The notes beneath the pieces were generated by a model. It did not search any database and was not told where the DNA came from. It was given only the letters and a program-made list of their open reading frames with translations. Made by a program: the position numbers and the translations under genes. A stretch of 64,000 nt of DNA, taken from contig JAWMAR010000211.1 of the NCBI GenBank assembly GCA_036785375.1, positions 3,162,001 through 3,226,000 of the forward strand, written 5' to 3'. Shown piece after piece: positions 63,257 to 64,000 of this stretch (position 1 is the stretch's first letter; each line of letters opens with the position of its first letter). This stretch comes from Leucoraja ocellata (taxonomy: Eukaryota).

Positions 63257-64000
63257 AGTACAGATTACACAGGTGTGATAATAAGACCGTGATGATGACA
63301 ATTATGTTTGTCAGCTATGATAACCAGTGATTCATTTCCAGTTTAATATAACCTGTGCAATTTTCTTTATTCATTAGCACTGATTTTTGCATGGAAACTT
63401 CCCAACATCTGAAATGAAACAATTATATTTAAATTTATCAAATCTACAGAAAGAGAGATATTATTTCCGCTTAAAATCTGAAAATGTGATTATCTGGAGT
63501 TACTAAATGCAAAAGAAAGAACTTCCTACAATACAATAAAAGCAATCTTTAGATTTCTAATGATGATTTTATTGGTATTCATTATAGAGGATTATTGAAT
63601 GATACTCTCGGATCATATGCCTTGTAACCTTTAATACATGGAAATGTAGCCTTATTAAAGGAAGTAAAATGAAATGAACCGCAGGTGTGGATAAAAAGAA
63701 CCAGCATGTGATTTGTAAAACACTTGTAATCATCTTGAGAAAACGGAACGGTAATTAGGAACAATTTTGTATATCTTTATTCAGTCTGGCAAATTGTAAT
63801 CTATTAGTATCTCATAAATATTAAACAACATAGTGAATTCTATTGTCAAGAAGTGGTTCAAAGAAGATATGTAAAATGATAACTCATTTAATAACATCCA
63901 CCAAAGCTCCAGAAGGGAAAGATTCCATCAGATCATCCTTTGAATTTAAGAGAGGGTGAATTGTTAAATAAGCCAATGATAACCTAAAAACATGGTGTAC

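Noticed and set aside
46700-64000. Expected downstream neighbour (OPALIN/TLL2 3' exons on the minus strand, by mammalian synteny)
   Set aside because: No recognisable coding match found by eye; cannot be excluded without tblastn.

Overview
Repeat-dense, AT-rich eukaryotic DNA. It is most likely from a cartilaginous fish (ray/skate), inferred from abundant HE1-type V-SINEs and HER1/CR1-type LINEs. The only host coding sequence I can support is the terminal exon of a Pol X-family polymerase, best matching terminal deoxynucleotidyl transferase (DNTT/TdT; + strand, 38491-38577, ...[20 protein letters not shown]). I found no other TdT exon upstream, so 1-38490 is probably its last intron. Most of the rest is a nested mobile-element landscape: CR1, Rex1/Babar and Tx1 LINE remnants; Penelope-like elements (GIY-YIG) whose pseudo-LTRs carry minimal hammerhead ribozyme motifs, many as short TSD-flanked units; 11 PIF/Harbinger-type MITEs of about 6 internally different subfamilies sharing a terminal motif and a central palindrome; a non-autonomous Helitron; hAT-like elements (one with a 6-bp TSD); a rearranged LTR fragment; and SINE-like elements sharing a hairpin but carrying different LINE tails. 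Almost all ORFs in the supplied track are TE-derived or spurious. Coordinates were read by eye, and boundaries of degenerate repeats are approximate.
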